From positions 51,084 through 115,083 of the forward strand of contig JAJQDP010000019.1 in the NCBI GenBank assembly GCA_021202155.1: a DNA stretch of 64,000 nucleotides, written 5' to 3'. The DNA is from Oscillospiraceae bacterium (GTDB lineage: Bacteria; Bacillota; Clostridia; Oscillospirales; Ruminococcaceae). The translations under genes and the position numbers were made by a program. Shown here piece after piece: positions 24,324 to 33,119 of the stretch. Numbering within the stretch: the stretch's first letter is position 1; each line of letters begins with the position of its first letter. The notes beneath the pieces are model-generated. The model saw only the letters and a program-made list of their open reading frames with translations. It was not told the origin of the DNA and made no database searches.

Positions 24324-25838
24324 ATGACGACAACTAAGGACTACTCAAAGCTTCGCAACGAAAGCGACATAAGAGGAATAGCTATTGCAGGCGTACCCGG
24401 TCAGGATGTAAACCTGACCGAGCAGGCTTGCCGGGACATAGCAAGAGGCTTCGCCATTTGGCTTGTAAGAAGAACCAAGAAGACCGTTCTACGTGTGGCG
24501 GTCGGAAGAGATTCCCGCCTCTCTGGAGAGACGCTACTCGGCTGGATGGCTGATGAGCTTGCGAAAGAGGGAATCTCGGTCACCGACATGGGACTCGCAA
24601 GTACTCCTGCGATGTTCATGACAACAAAAACCGAGGGCTACATGTTCGACGGTGCTGTAATGGTAACCGCAAGCCACTTGCCCTATAACCGCAACGGCTA
24701 CAAGTTCTTCACTCCCGATGGCGGCGTTGAGGCAGGCGATATAAAAGAGATGATTGAGCTTGCCGAGACCGACATGCACACCGGCTTCAAGCCTGCAGAA
24801 GTGAAGCAGGACGAGTTCATGGATGTCTATTCAAAGCGTCTTGCCGATATGATAAGAAGCAGTTGCGGGAGCAAAACCCCGCTTACTGGCTTAAAGATAG
24901 TCGTAGATGCCGGAAACGGCGCAGGCGGATTCTATGCTGAAAAGGTTCTGAAGCCCCTTGGAGCGGACACCACAGGCTCGCGCTTTTTAGACCCCGACGG
25001 TAGCTTCCCGAACCATATCCCGAACCCTGAGAACAAGGAAGCTATGGCTTCTATCACAGAGGCTGTCAGGGAATCCAAGGCAGATCTCGGCATCATTTTT
25101 GATACTGACGTCGACAGAGCAGGCGCAGTTCTTTCTGATGGCAGTGAACTCAACCGCAACCGCCTTATTGCAATGCTTTCTGCTATGCTTTTAAGAGACC
25201 ATCCGCATACTACAATCGTCACTGACAGCGTCACTTCTTCCGGGCTCGGTGAATTTATCCGCTCTAAGGGAGGCGTTCACCACAGATTCCGCAGGGGTTA
25301 CCGCAACGTCATCAATGAGTCAATTCGCCTCAATAAAGAGGGAATAGACAGCCAGCTCGCTATCGAGACCTCCGGTCACGGCGCATTCAAGGATAACTAT
25401 TTCCTTGACGACGGCGCGTATATCGTCACCCGGCTTATAATCGAGCTTTCCAAGGGCGTCAGGGAGTGCTACACCCTTCATTCTCTCATCGACGGTCTCA
25501 GAGAGCCTGTCGAGAGCATGGAATTCAGAATGAATATCGGTCTTGAGGATTTCAAGCCCTATGGCAACGACATCATATCCGCTCTCAAAGAGTACGCTAA
25601 GTCTCAGACCGGCTGGACACCTGCCGACAGCAACTATGAAGGCATCAGAATCAATCTTGACAAAGAACACGGCGACGGCTGGTTCTTGCTGAGAATGTCC
25701 CTCCACGAGCCGCTTATGCCGCTCAATATCGAGTCTGACAGCGAGGGTGGAGTTAAGGTAATAGCCTCGGAACTTTGCGGAATCTTAACCAAGTATGAGC
25801 ATCTTGATACTTCAAAGCTCGTGGAATACACAAAATAA
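24324..25838 (+). CDS. phosphomannomutase/phosphoglucomutase (alpha-D-phosphohexomutase family)
   Basis: Active-site loop TASHLPYNRNGYKF, metal loop FDTDVDR and sugar loop ETSGH. Confidence 0.9.
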   Translation: MTTTKDYSKLRNESDIRGIAIAGVPGQDVNLTEQACRDIARGFAIWLVRRTKKTVLRVAVGRDSRLSGETLLGWMADELAKEGISVTDMGLASTPAMFMTTKTEGYMFDGAVMVTASHLPYNRNGYKFFTPDGGVEAGDIKEMIELAETDMHTGFKPAEVKQDEFMDVYSKRLADMIRSSCGSKTPLTGLKIVVDAGNGAGGFYAEKVLKPLGADTTGSRFLDPDGSFPNHIPNPENKEAMASITEAVRESKADLGIIFDTDVDRAGAVLSDGSELNRNRLIAMLSAMLLRDHPHTTIVTDSVTSSGLGEFIRSKGGVHHRFRRGYRNVINESIRLNKEGIDSQLAIETSGHGAFKDNYFLDDGAYIVTRLIIELSKGVRECYTLHSLIDGLREPVESMEFRMNIGLEDFKPYGNDIISALKEYAKSQTGWTPADSNYEGIRINLDKEHGDGWFLLRMSLHEPLMPLNIESDSEGGVKVIASELCGILTKYEHLDTSKLVEYTK

Positions 25839-25854
25839 CAACCAGGAGACAATA

Positions 25855-26754
25855 ATGCAATCCTATTCACTTGTAAATAAGAACGCCACTGAGAAAACCA
25901 AGAAGCTTTTTCAATACCTGACAGAGTGCTACTCGAAACACCTCATGCTCTCCGGTCAGCAGGAATATCCGAAAAGAACAACGACCGAGTGGGAGATTAA
26001 GTACGTCTATGAAAAGACCGGAAAATATCCCGCGATCAGAGGGCTCGATTTCATGCATGCCGATTTCAGAGGCGTTATAAACCGTGCAATCGACTGGTAC
26101 ATGCGCGGCGGAATCGTCACTATCTGCTGGCACACGGGCGTCAATGGCGGAGCCTATGAAGACTGCCTCAGGGACAATCCCGATTTCGGCAAGCTTCTCA
26201 CAATGGGTACTCCCGAAAACGAGCTCATGCTCAAAAACTGGGATATGGGAGCGGAGGCTCTGAAGATACTCAAGTCGGAGCATGTCCCCGCAATCTGGCG
26301 ACCTTTCCACGAGTTCGACGGTCGATGGTTCTGGTGGGGAAAGGGTGGAGCAGAGCCGTTCATCAGGCTCTGGCGTATGATGTACGACCGCTACACCAAC
26401 TATCACGGACTCAATAACCTTATCTGGGTCTTGGGCTACTCGGGAGAGGTAAAGCCCGGTTGGTACGTTGGAGACGAGTACTGCGACATTGTCGGCTCTG
26501 ATACCTACGATGGAACAACCAACAAATTTGGCTGGGACAGGCTCGTTAATGTCTGCGACAAGCCACTCTGCTATCACGAAATCGGCAATCTGCCGCATTA
26601 TGATGATTTCCCGAGAGACAACACCAACTGGCTCTGGTTCATGAACTGGCACACAAGGTATTTATCCGACAATAATTCAGATATTCTTAGTGAAATTTAT
26701 AACAATTCTTCAGTTATAACCCTTGACAAGCTCCCAAAAGAGCTATATAATTAA
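25855..26754 (+). CDS. glycoside hydrolase family 26 (beta-mannanase-like)
   Basis: An internal ATG follows AGGAGA. WRPFHEFDGRWFWWG is the GH26 acid/base signature. Confidence 0.85.
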   Translation: MQSYSLVNKNATEKTKKLFQYLTECYSKHLMLSGQQEYPKRTTTEWEIKYVYEKTGKYPAIRGLDFMHADFRGVINRAIDWYMRGGIVTICWHTGVNGGAYEDCLRDNPDFGKLLTMGTPENELMLKNWDMGAEALKILKSEHVPAIWRPFHEFDGRWFWWGKGGAEPFIRLWRMMYDRYTNYHGLNNLIWVLGYSGEVKPGWYVGDEYCDIVGSDTYDGTTNKFGWDRLVNVCDKPLCYHEIGNLPHYDDFPRDNTNWLWFMNWHTRYLSDNNSDILSEIYNNSSVITLDKLPKELYN

Positions 26755-26821
26755 AGTAATCTCTGAAAAGCAGATTTGCAGAATTACGGGATTATATTTT
26801 AATTAGTAGGAGGTACCTATA

Positions 26822-27520
26822 ATGAAGAAGTATATTGCCGAATTTATCGGCACGTGCGTATTGGTGGTATTTGGATGCGGAACCGCTATGCTCGTCGGCT
26901 GTGACAGCGTTTCCGGCTGTGGCTACATTCTGACAGCTCTTGCATTCGGACTCGCAATCGTCGCGATGGCATACAGCATCGGAAATGTCTCCGGCTGTCA
27001 TGTAAACCCTGCTGTTTCGCTCTCGATGCTCGTGACTGGGAAGATGACCGCCAAGGACTTTGTCGGCTATGTTATAGCTCAGGTTCTTGGAGCAACCTGC
27101 GGTTCAGCTATCCTGGCACTTATCTGGAATCTGGGCGGAGTAGTTGACGCAACCGGCGGCTACGGCTCTAACGGTACATCAGGCGTTGGCGGAAGTGTTA
27201 TAGCTGCTCTCTTGGTCGAGATAGTTCTCACGTTCGTGTTCGTCCTCGCCATTCACGGCGTCACCAGCAAGACCGAGAACACCGCCGTTTCCGGAATCGT
27301 GATCGGTCTTACCCTCACATTTGTCCACATTCTTGGCATCGGCTTGACCGGTACCTCCGTAAACCCCGCAAGAAGCTTCGGACCTGCTCTCATCGCCGCA
27401 TTCTCCGGCAACACCACTCCTATCTCGGAGCTCTGGATATTCATCGTCGGTCCGTTGGTAGGCGGAGCATTGGCAGGACTCTGCTACAAGGCTTTGGCTT
27501 CTTCCAAGGAATCAAAGTAA
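26822..27520 (+). CDS. aqpZ: MIP-family channel (aquaporin Z-like)
   Basis: Two NPA boxes (HVNPAVS and SVNPARS) and six TM segments. Confidence 0.9.
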   Translation: MKKYIAEFIGTCVLVVFGCGTAMLVGCDSVSGCGYILTALAFGLAIVAMAYSIGNVSGCHVNPAVSLSMLVTGKMTAKDFVGYVIAQVLGATCGSAILALIWNLGGVVDATGGYGSNGTSGVGGSVIAALLVEIVLTFVFVLAIHGVTSKTENTAVSGIVIGLTLTFVHILGIGLTGTSVNPARSFGPALIAAFSGNTTPISELWIFIVGPLVGGALAGLCYKALASSKESK

Positions 27521-27540
27521 ATCTCATTCAGGCATAAAAG

Positions 27541-27570
27541 ATCCCCCGAAAAAGCTTCGGGGGATTTTCT
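27541..27570 (+). terminator. rho-independent terminator
   Basis: atcccccgaa-aaagc-ttcgggggat followed by tttct. Confidence 0.85.
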
Positions 27571-27666
27571 ATTATCCAGAATGTTTCACACTCTTTTTAG
27601 GTTCATTTAAACTTTATAGGTTATCATATTCACAGTAAGGTCTTATAAGAAAGGAAAGCTGTAATT

Positions 27667-29712
27667 ATGAACTTAAAATTCAAAAGTATACTTTCAGTAA
27701 TAATAGCCCTCAGCATGGTCTTTATGCTTTCGGGCTGTGCAGAATCTGTCAGCGACAGCGACAGTGATTCATCTGTCACCGACTCAGCGGTTGGTGCGGC
27801 ATTTCTCATTTCCTCCACTCTATCGGGAACTGTCATCGAGGTTTCAGGCTATGAGATAGTTCTATCTGTAGCACTTTCATCAGGCAATTCTGACATGATG
27901 GGCATGGGCGGAGATATGCAGATGGGCGACATGAACGGCATGGGCGGAGAAGGCGGAGACGTCCCCTCCGACGTTCCCTCTGACAATGGTCAGGGCGGCG
28001 GAGATGGCGAAGGCGGCGATAAGCCGGACGACATTCCTTCCGATGACGGACAAGGTGGAGGAGACGGTGGAGACGCACCCGACAAGCCTGATGGTGAAGG
28101 CGGAGAAGGCAGAGCAGAGCCTACATCTTCAACCGGCGACTACGAGATTGAACTTCTCGCCGACACAGAAAAAGCTACTGAGCCCGAAGAAAGCTCTGAC
28201 ATCACCTTCACGGTCTCACTCATAGTCATGGACGAATCGATAATAACAGATAGTGACGGCAACAGCCTCACTCTCTCTGATATAGAAGCAGGGGACACCC
28301 TGACATTTACCGTTGATGACTGCGGCGAAATCACTTCAATAATAGTCGGTAGTGAAGCCTCCGATATGGGAAATCTCTCCAATGGTGGCGGCATGGGTGG
28401 CGGCTCATCCTCTGGCGTTGACAGCTACGACGCAGTCGTAACCTACACCGAGGACGGAACATACTCAAATATGGATTACACCTCAACCGGGTCTGACGAA
28501 AATGCAGTTCTTGTCACCTCAGGCGACGTCACTATCTCTGACAGCACTATCTCAAGAATATCCTCAGACTCCACCGGTGGAGATAACTCAAGCTTCTACG
28601 GTGTCGGAGCAAGCGCACTTGTTACAAGCGGCACTTTGAGAATCACCAACACAACCATCGCCTCCGACTCAGCAGGCGGTGCAGGAGTTTTCGCCTATGG
28701 CGACGGCGTTGCATACGTCAGCGACACCGAAATCACCACCGAGCAGGACACCTCGGGCGGCATCCATGTCGCCGGCGGCGGAACGCTCTATGCCTGGAAT
28801 CTGACAGTAAGCACCTCCGGCGAGTCCTCGGCGGCAATCAGAAGTGACCGCGGAAGCGGAACTATGGTCGTCGACGGCGGAACTTACACCTCCAACGGCA
28901 CCGGTTCACCAGCAGTCTACAGCACCGCCGACATCACCGTTGCTAATGCGACTCTGACAGCTAACTCCTCCGAAGCCATCTGCATCGAAGGTCTCAACTC
29001 CATCAGACTCTTTGACTGCGACCTCTCCGGCAGTATGAAGGACAGCTCGCAGAACGACTGCACCTGGAACGTCATCGTTTATCAGAGCATGTCCGGCGAC
29101 TCTGAGGTTGGTAACGGTAACTTCTACATGATAGGTGGCACTCTGACAGCCAACAACGGCGGCATGTTCTATACCACCAACACCGAAAGCACCTTCCTTA
29201 TCAGCGGAGTTGACATCACCTATGCCGAAGACAGTGAATTCTTCCTCAAGTGCACCGGCAACTCCAACCAGCGCGGTTGGGGTTCAACGGGCTCGAACGG
29301 TGCCGACTGCTCCTTCACAGCTATCTTGCAGGAGATGGAGGGCGCGGTCATCTACGACAGCATCAGCAATCTTGACTTCTACATGCTCGAAGGCAGTGTC
29401 CTGACCGGGTATTTTGTTGACGACGAATCGAATGCCGGAAGCGGCGGCAACGGCGAGTGCAACGTCTACATCGACTCCACCTCGACCTGGGTTGTCACGA
29501 ACTACAGCACAGTGACAAACCTCTACTGCGAAGGAACTATCGTTGATGAAGACGGCAAAACCGTCACCATCCTCAGCTCCGACGGCACAGTCTACGTCAC
29601 CGGCGACAGCACCTACACCATCACCGTAGAGACCTATTCCGAGACCGCCGACACCACCGGCGCAAGCACCCTCATCAGCTTTGATGACTACTCCGTAGAC
29701 AATCCCTTCTAA
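27667..29712 (+). CDS. surface lipoprotein with a Gly/Asp-rich repeat linker and a C-terminal beta-helix-like repeat domain (hypothetical carbohydrate-binding/active protein)
   Basis: Lipobox MLSGC. Repeats of the type GQGGGDG(E/G)GGD(K/A)PD. The C-terminal ~430 aa are rich in T/S/G with periodic (V/I)T(V/I)xN motifs. Confidence 0.7.
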   Translation: MNLKFKSILSVIIALSMVFMLSGCAESVSDSDSDSSVTDSAVGAAFLISSTLSGTVIEVSGYEIVLSVALSSGNSDMMGMGGDMQMGDMNGMGGEGGDVPSDVPSDNGQGGGDGEGGDKPDDIPSDDGQGGGDGGDAPDKPDGEGGEGRAEPTSSTGDYEIELLADTEKATEPEESSDITFTVSLIVMDESIITDSDGNSLTLSDIEAGDTLTFTVDDCGEITSIIVGSEASDMGNLSNGGGMGGGSSSGVDSYDAVVTYTEDGTYSNMDYTSTGSDENAVLVTSGDVTISDSTISRISSDSTGGDNSSFYGVGASALVTSGTLRITNTTIASDSAGGAGVFAYGDGVAYVSDTEITTEQDTSGGIHVAGGGTLYAWNLTVSTSGESSAAIRSDRGSGTMVVDGGTYTSNGTGSPAVYSTADITVANATLTANSSEAICIEGLNSIRLFDCDLSGSMKDSSQNDCTWNVIVYQSMSGDSEVGNGNFYMIGGTLTANNGGMFYTTNTESTFLISGVDITYAEDSEFFLKCTGNSNQRGWGSTGSNGADCSFTAILQEMEGAVIYDSISNLDFYMLEGSVLTGYFVDDESNAGSGGNGECNVYIDSTSTWVVTNYSTVTNLYCEGTIVDEDGKTVTILSSDGTVYVTGDSTYTITVETYSETADTTGASTLISFDDYSVDNPF

Positions 29713-29737
29713 CATATAATACCTTCCTAAAAGCGAG

Positions 29738-29764
29738 AAGAGCGGCTCAACCCGCTCTTTTTGC
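29738..29764 (+). terminator. rho-independent terminator
   Basis: aagagcgg-ctcaac-ccgctctt followed by tttg. Confidence 0.75.
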
Positions 29765-29783
29765 ATTTTTCTAAAAAAACTAC

Positions 29784-29812
29784 TTTACAAATGCGACAAA
29801 GTGTGATACAAT
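29784..29812 (+). promoter_or_regulatory. sigma-A-type promoter with extended -10
   Basis: TTTACA, a 17-nt spacer and TGaTACAAT. Confidence 0.6.
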
Positions 29813-29817
29813 ACAAG

Positions 29818-29976
29818 TGCCACATAATCTAATATTTTGTCACATTGCGAGAGCCTTTTACTTTGGTAAAAGGTGTGTTCTTCTCGTACTCGGTTTCTCG
29901 TAATGTGAAATAGGGATTGTGTGGCAACAATGAGGGATCCACTTTTTCGTGCGTCTCTTATTGGGGCGCATTTTTT
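29818..29976 (+). ncRNA. candidate structured RNA (sRNA or cis-regulatory leader): nested P1/P2/P3 hairpin plus intrinsic terminator
   Basis: P1 is gccacataatc (29819-29) with gattgtgtggc (29915-25), 11 bp. P2 is tcacattgcgaga (29840-52) with tctcgtaatgtga (29896-908), 13 bp. P3 is ccttttac-tttg-gtaaaagg (29854-73). The terminator is tgcgtctc-ttatt-ggggcgca plus T6 (29950-76). Confidence 0.5.
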
Positions 29977-30009
29977 ATTGCGTAGAATATGATTGAGGAG
30001 GGCACCTAT

Positions 30010-30975
30010 ATGGAGCTAAATGATTTGAAAGAATACTTGAGATTGATTGTTGAGATGGAGAAGGATATTTTTCTTAAAGAAGAATTAATGGCTGATTTGA
30101 AAACTAAAATTAAAATAGAAGAACCATACATCAGTTATCAAATAAAGAAACCTCACGAACCTAAGTATCTTGAAGAACATTCATCGGGAATTATAACAGC
30201 TTCAGGGTGGATGGCTGCTATTCTTGGAATCTTTGGTATTTTACTCATAATAGCAGATAGCTTTTTTGGCGTGTTATTAACAATCGGTGCGGGAATTCTT
30301 GGATGCCTTTTTTTATCATGGAAAGATGTTAAATCTGCTAACGAAAAAAAGCGAAGCGATTATTTCAGACAACAAGAAGAATATAATAAAGAAGTAAAAG
30401 AAGATAGTATTAGAAGGAAGAAAGTACAAGATGAGAAAGAAGCATTATGTCATACCTTAAATATAGTTAATAAGAAAGTTAAAGAAAGCAAGGGAATTCT
30501 TGCAAAATTTTATTCGAAAGACATTGTATTTCCTAAATATCGAAATTTCGTAATGATGTGTTCAATATACGAGTACATATGCTCAGGTCGTTGTACCACT
30601 CTTGAAGGTCCGGATGGTGCATACAATATCCTTGAAATGGAAATCAGAATGGATCGAGTTATTGTACAGCTCGATAGGGTTCTGAGTAGTCTTAATCAGA
30701 TTCAGGCAAATCAGTACATGTTATGCGATGCGATTCAGGAAGGTAATCGAATTCGGGGACAGATAATGGATAATACTAATCAGATTATTTCAAGCATGAA
30801 TAGAAACGGTAAGAAACTTAGTGCCGTGTTGGAAAGCATCGATAAGAACTCCGCGTTGACAGCTTACGCCGCTGAAAGGTCGCAAAAGGAGTTAGAATAT
30901 ATGAACACCATGAACTACTTGGAAAGCAAATGGAGTGGTACTGGCTTCAATCAGCCGCCGTCTTGGCGATCATAA
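30010..30975 (+). CDS. AT-rich orphan membrane protein: N-terminal coiled coil, two TM helices, ~220-aa C-terminal helical domain (hypothetical)
   Basis: GAGGAGG lies 8 nt upstream of the ATG at 30010. TM hairpin ITASGWMAAILGIFGILLIIA / FFGVLLTIGAGILGCLFLSW. Lys/Glu-rich heptad-like segments. Codon usage (tta, aaa, gaa, ata) is unlike the neighbouring genes. Confidence 0.7.
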   Translation: MELNDLKEYLRLIVEMEKDIFLKEELMADLKTKIKIEEPYISYQIKKPHEPKYLEEHSSGIITASGWMAAILGIFGILLIIADSFFGVLLTIGAGILGCLFLSWKDVKSANEKKRSDYFRQQEEYNKEVKEDSIRRKKVQDEKEALCHTLNIVNKKVKESKGILAKFYSKDIVFPKYRNFVMMCSIYEYICSGRCTTLEGPDGAYNILEMEIRMDRVIVQLDRVLSSLNQIQANQYMLCDAIQEGNRIRGQIMDNTNQIISSMNRNGKKLSAVLESIDKNSALTAYAAERSQKELEYMNTMNYLESKWSGTGFNQPPSWRS

Positions 30976-30977
30976 TC

Positions 30978-31006
30978 AAAAAAGCGAGGCAACAACCTCG
31001 CTTTTT
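30978..31006. terminator. bidirectional rho-independent terminator
   Basis: aaaaaa-gcgagg-caacaa-cctcgc-ttttt between convergent genes. Confidence 0.85.
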
Positions 31007-31009
31007 AAT

Positions 31010-31774
31010 TTACGCTAACAACGTTTCAAGATATTCGGCAACCCCATCATCTTCATTCGTCCCAATGACAACATCCGCCGCTTCTTTGGTTTCGGGAATC
31101 GCATTTCCCATAGCAACCCCTGTCCCGCAGAGTTTGAGCATGCCGATGTCGGTGAATTCGTCGCCGAAGGCGGTGATGTCTTCGAGGTTGAAGAGACCCG
31201 TTTCGCAGAGCTTTTCTACGCCGTAGGCTTTGGTGACTTCTTTTTTGCCGATTTCGTGCCAGAAGCCGTCGGAGTATCTGCCGCAGTAGTATTCGGGGAT
31301 GGCGTTAATCATCCGCTGAGCAACTTCGGGGTCGGGGATTTCGGTGCAGATTTTAAGGGCTTCGACGTTGAAATCACTGAAGTCGTCGATGACTATTTCG
31401 CCCCAGTCCCAGCCGAGGCGGTCGCCGGTGTAGATGAAGTTCCGATATTCTCTGCCGTCAGTGTCGACCATGATACGGTTGTCGCCGCAGATTTCTTTGA
31501 TGAGACCTAAGATTCGCCTCGTCTCGGAAATAGGGAAGGATGCTGTGTGGACTATTTTTCCATAAGCTCTGACCTGTGCGCCGCTGTTGGAGATGATGAC
31601 CTGCGGCTTGAAGGCATCGATAAACCTACCGATGCTGTATTCGCCTCTGGCGGTGGCGATTCCCAATATGTAGCCCTGTTCACGGCAGCGTTCAAGAGTC
31701 ATTATAGTTCTTTCCGACAAGGTTTTGTCGTTGTGAAGTAATGTGCCGTCCAAATCAAATAACAGTAATTTCAT
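31010..31774 (-). CDS. Cof-type HAD-IIB phosphatase
   Basis: The internal start gives MKLLLFDLDGTLL (HAD motif I). The C-terminus has GDEFTDIGMLKLCGTGVAMGNA (motif IV). Confidence 0.85.
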   Translation of the reverse strand: MKLLLFDLDGTLLHNDKTLSERTIMTLERCREQGYILGIATARGEYSIGRFIDAFKPQVIISNSGAQVRAYGKIVHTASFPISETRRILGLIKEICGDNRIMVDTDGREYRNFIYTGDRLGWDWGEIVIDDFSDFNVEALKICTEIPDPEVAQRMINAIPEYYCGRYSDGFWHEIGKKEVTKAYGVEKLCETGLFNLEDITAFGDEFTDIGMLKLCGTGVAMGNAIPETKEAADVVIGTNEDDGVAEYLETLLA

Positions 31775-31943
31775 TTTCTTGTCCTTTCGTATAGAGTTAT
31801 CACGATAGTATAGCACAACACTTTTCAAAATGCAAATGAAATTTTCAGAAAATCTTGAAAAATCGCTTCCCATGCTGTATACTTGATAGTATTGAAATGG
31901 GCATAGTCCCGCATGAAACACTATGTGGAGGTATTATAAAGAG

Positions 31944-33119
31944 ATGTTTAAAAAAGTTATATCCGTTCTGACGGCTTTTGTCATGGTAATGACCGTGTTC
32001 GCCGGATGTTCGAGCAGTTCTGCCGGCTCAACATCTGAAGATATGAGCACGATGGATTTCGTCCTCAGCATGGGTCTCGGAATCAACTTAGGAAACACGA
32101 TGGAGTGCTCCGGTTTTACAAAAGAGACCGTCCGCGAGTATGAAACAGCCTGGGGAAGCCCGCAAATAACCGAGCGAATCATCCAGGGCTATGCCGACCT
32201 CGGCTTCGGAGTTATCCGTGTACCGGTCGCCTGGTCAAATATGATGGCTGAGGATTACACAATCAACGCCGACTACCTGGCAAGAGTCCAGGAGATAATC
32301 GACTGGATTTTGGACGCAGGCATGAAGTGCATCGTCAACATCCACTGGGATGGCGGCTGGTGGGAGGAATTCTCAACCGACAAGGAAACATGTATGGAAA
32401 AGTACGAAAGCATCTGGACTCAGCTCAGCGAGGCTTTCAAGGACTACTCATTGGATTTAATGTTCGAGTCCCTCAATGAAGAGGGCTGTTGGGACGACAT
32501 CTGGAACCGCTATGGTAATACAACAGAAGGAAAAGCAGAAGCCTTCGCACTCCTTGGCGAAATCAATCAGACTTTTGTCGATATAGTCAGAGCTTCCGGC
32601 GGCAACAATGAGCTGAGGCATCTTCTTATAGCTGGCTATGCCACCGACCCCGAGCTCACCTGTGACGAGCTGTTCGTTTTGCCTGACGACCCTTCAAACA
32701 GATATGCAATTTCGGTTCACTATTACGCGCCGTCAACATTCGCTGTAATTGAAGAAGACGCCTCCTGGGGCAAGGCAGAAACAACATGGGGAACTGAATC
32801 GGATTATGCCTATCTCGATTCTATAATGGATCTTCTGTACGACACTTACGTCGCAAACGGAATCCCTGTAATAATCGGTGAGTACGGCTGTACAACCTCA
32901 AACAAGATGCCAGACCAGATAAGGGAGTATATCACCGCGGTTTGCGAAGCGGCGTATGTAAGAGGAATGTGCCCGGTTCTCTGGGACACCACAGGCACTC
33001 ACTATAACCGTTCGTCCTGCGAATTCTATGACATGGAGATTATAGAGGAATTTGACGAGATAAAGACCCTCGACCGTTGGGTTGAGAGCTCGTACACTGA
33101 CACGGAGGAAGCGGCATGA
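31944..33119 (+). CDS. glycoside hydrolase family 5 lipoprotein (endo-glucanase/mannanase-type)
   Basis: Lipobox VFAGC. VNIHWDGGWW, FESLNEEG (acid/base NE) and VIIGEYG (nucleophile). Confidence 0.85.
   Translation: MFKKVISVLTAFVMVMTVFAGCSSSSAGSTSEDMSTMDFVLSMGLGINLGNTMECSGFTKETVREYETAWGSPQITERIIQGYADLGFGVIRVPVAWSNMMAEDYTINADYLARVQEIIDWILDAGMKCIVNIHWDGGWWEEFSTDKETCMEKYESIWTQLSEAFKDYSLDLMFESLNEEGCWDDIWNRYGNTTEGKAEAFALLGEINQTFVDIVRASGGNNELRHLLIAGYATDPELTCDELFVLPDDPSNRYAISVHYYAPSTFAVIEEDASWGKAETTWGTESDYAYLDSIMDLLYDTYVANGIPVIIGEYGCTTSNKMPDQIREYITAVCEAAYVRGMCPVLWDTTGTHYNRSSCEFYDMEIIEEFDEIKTLDRWVESSYTDTEEAA

Noticed and set aside
29930-29992. 20-codon uORF spanning the terminator upstream of the orphan membrane protein, as a leader peptide
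   Set aside because: There is no recognisable Shine-Dalgarno before its ATG, and the peptide has no run of regulatory codons. I kept it only as a remark inside the RNA finding.
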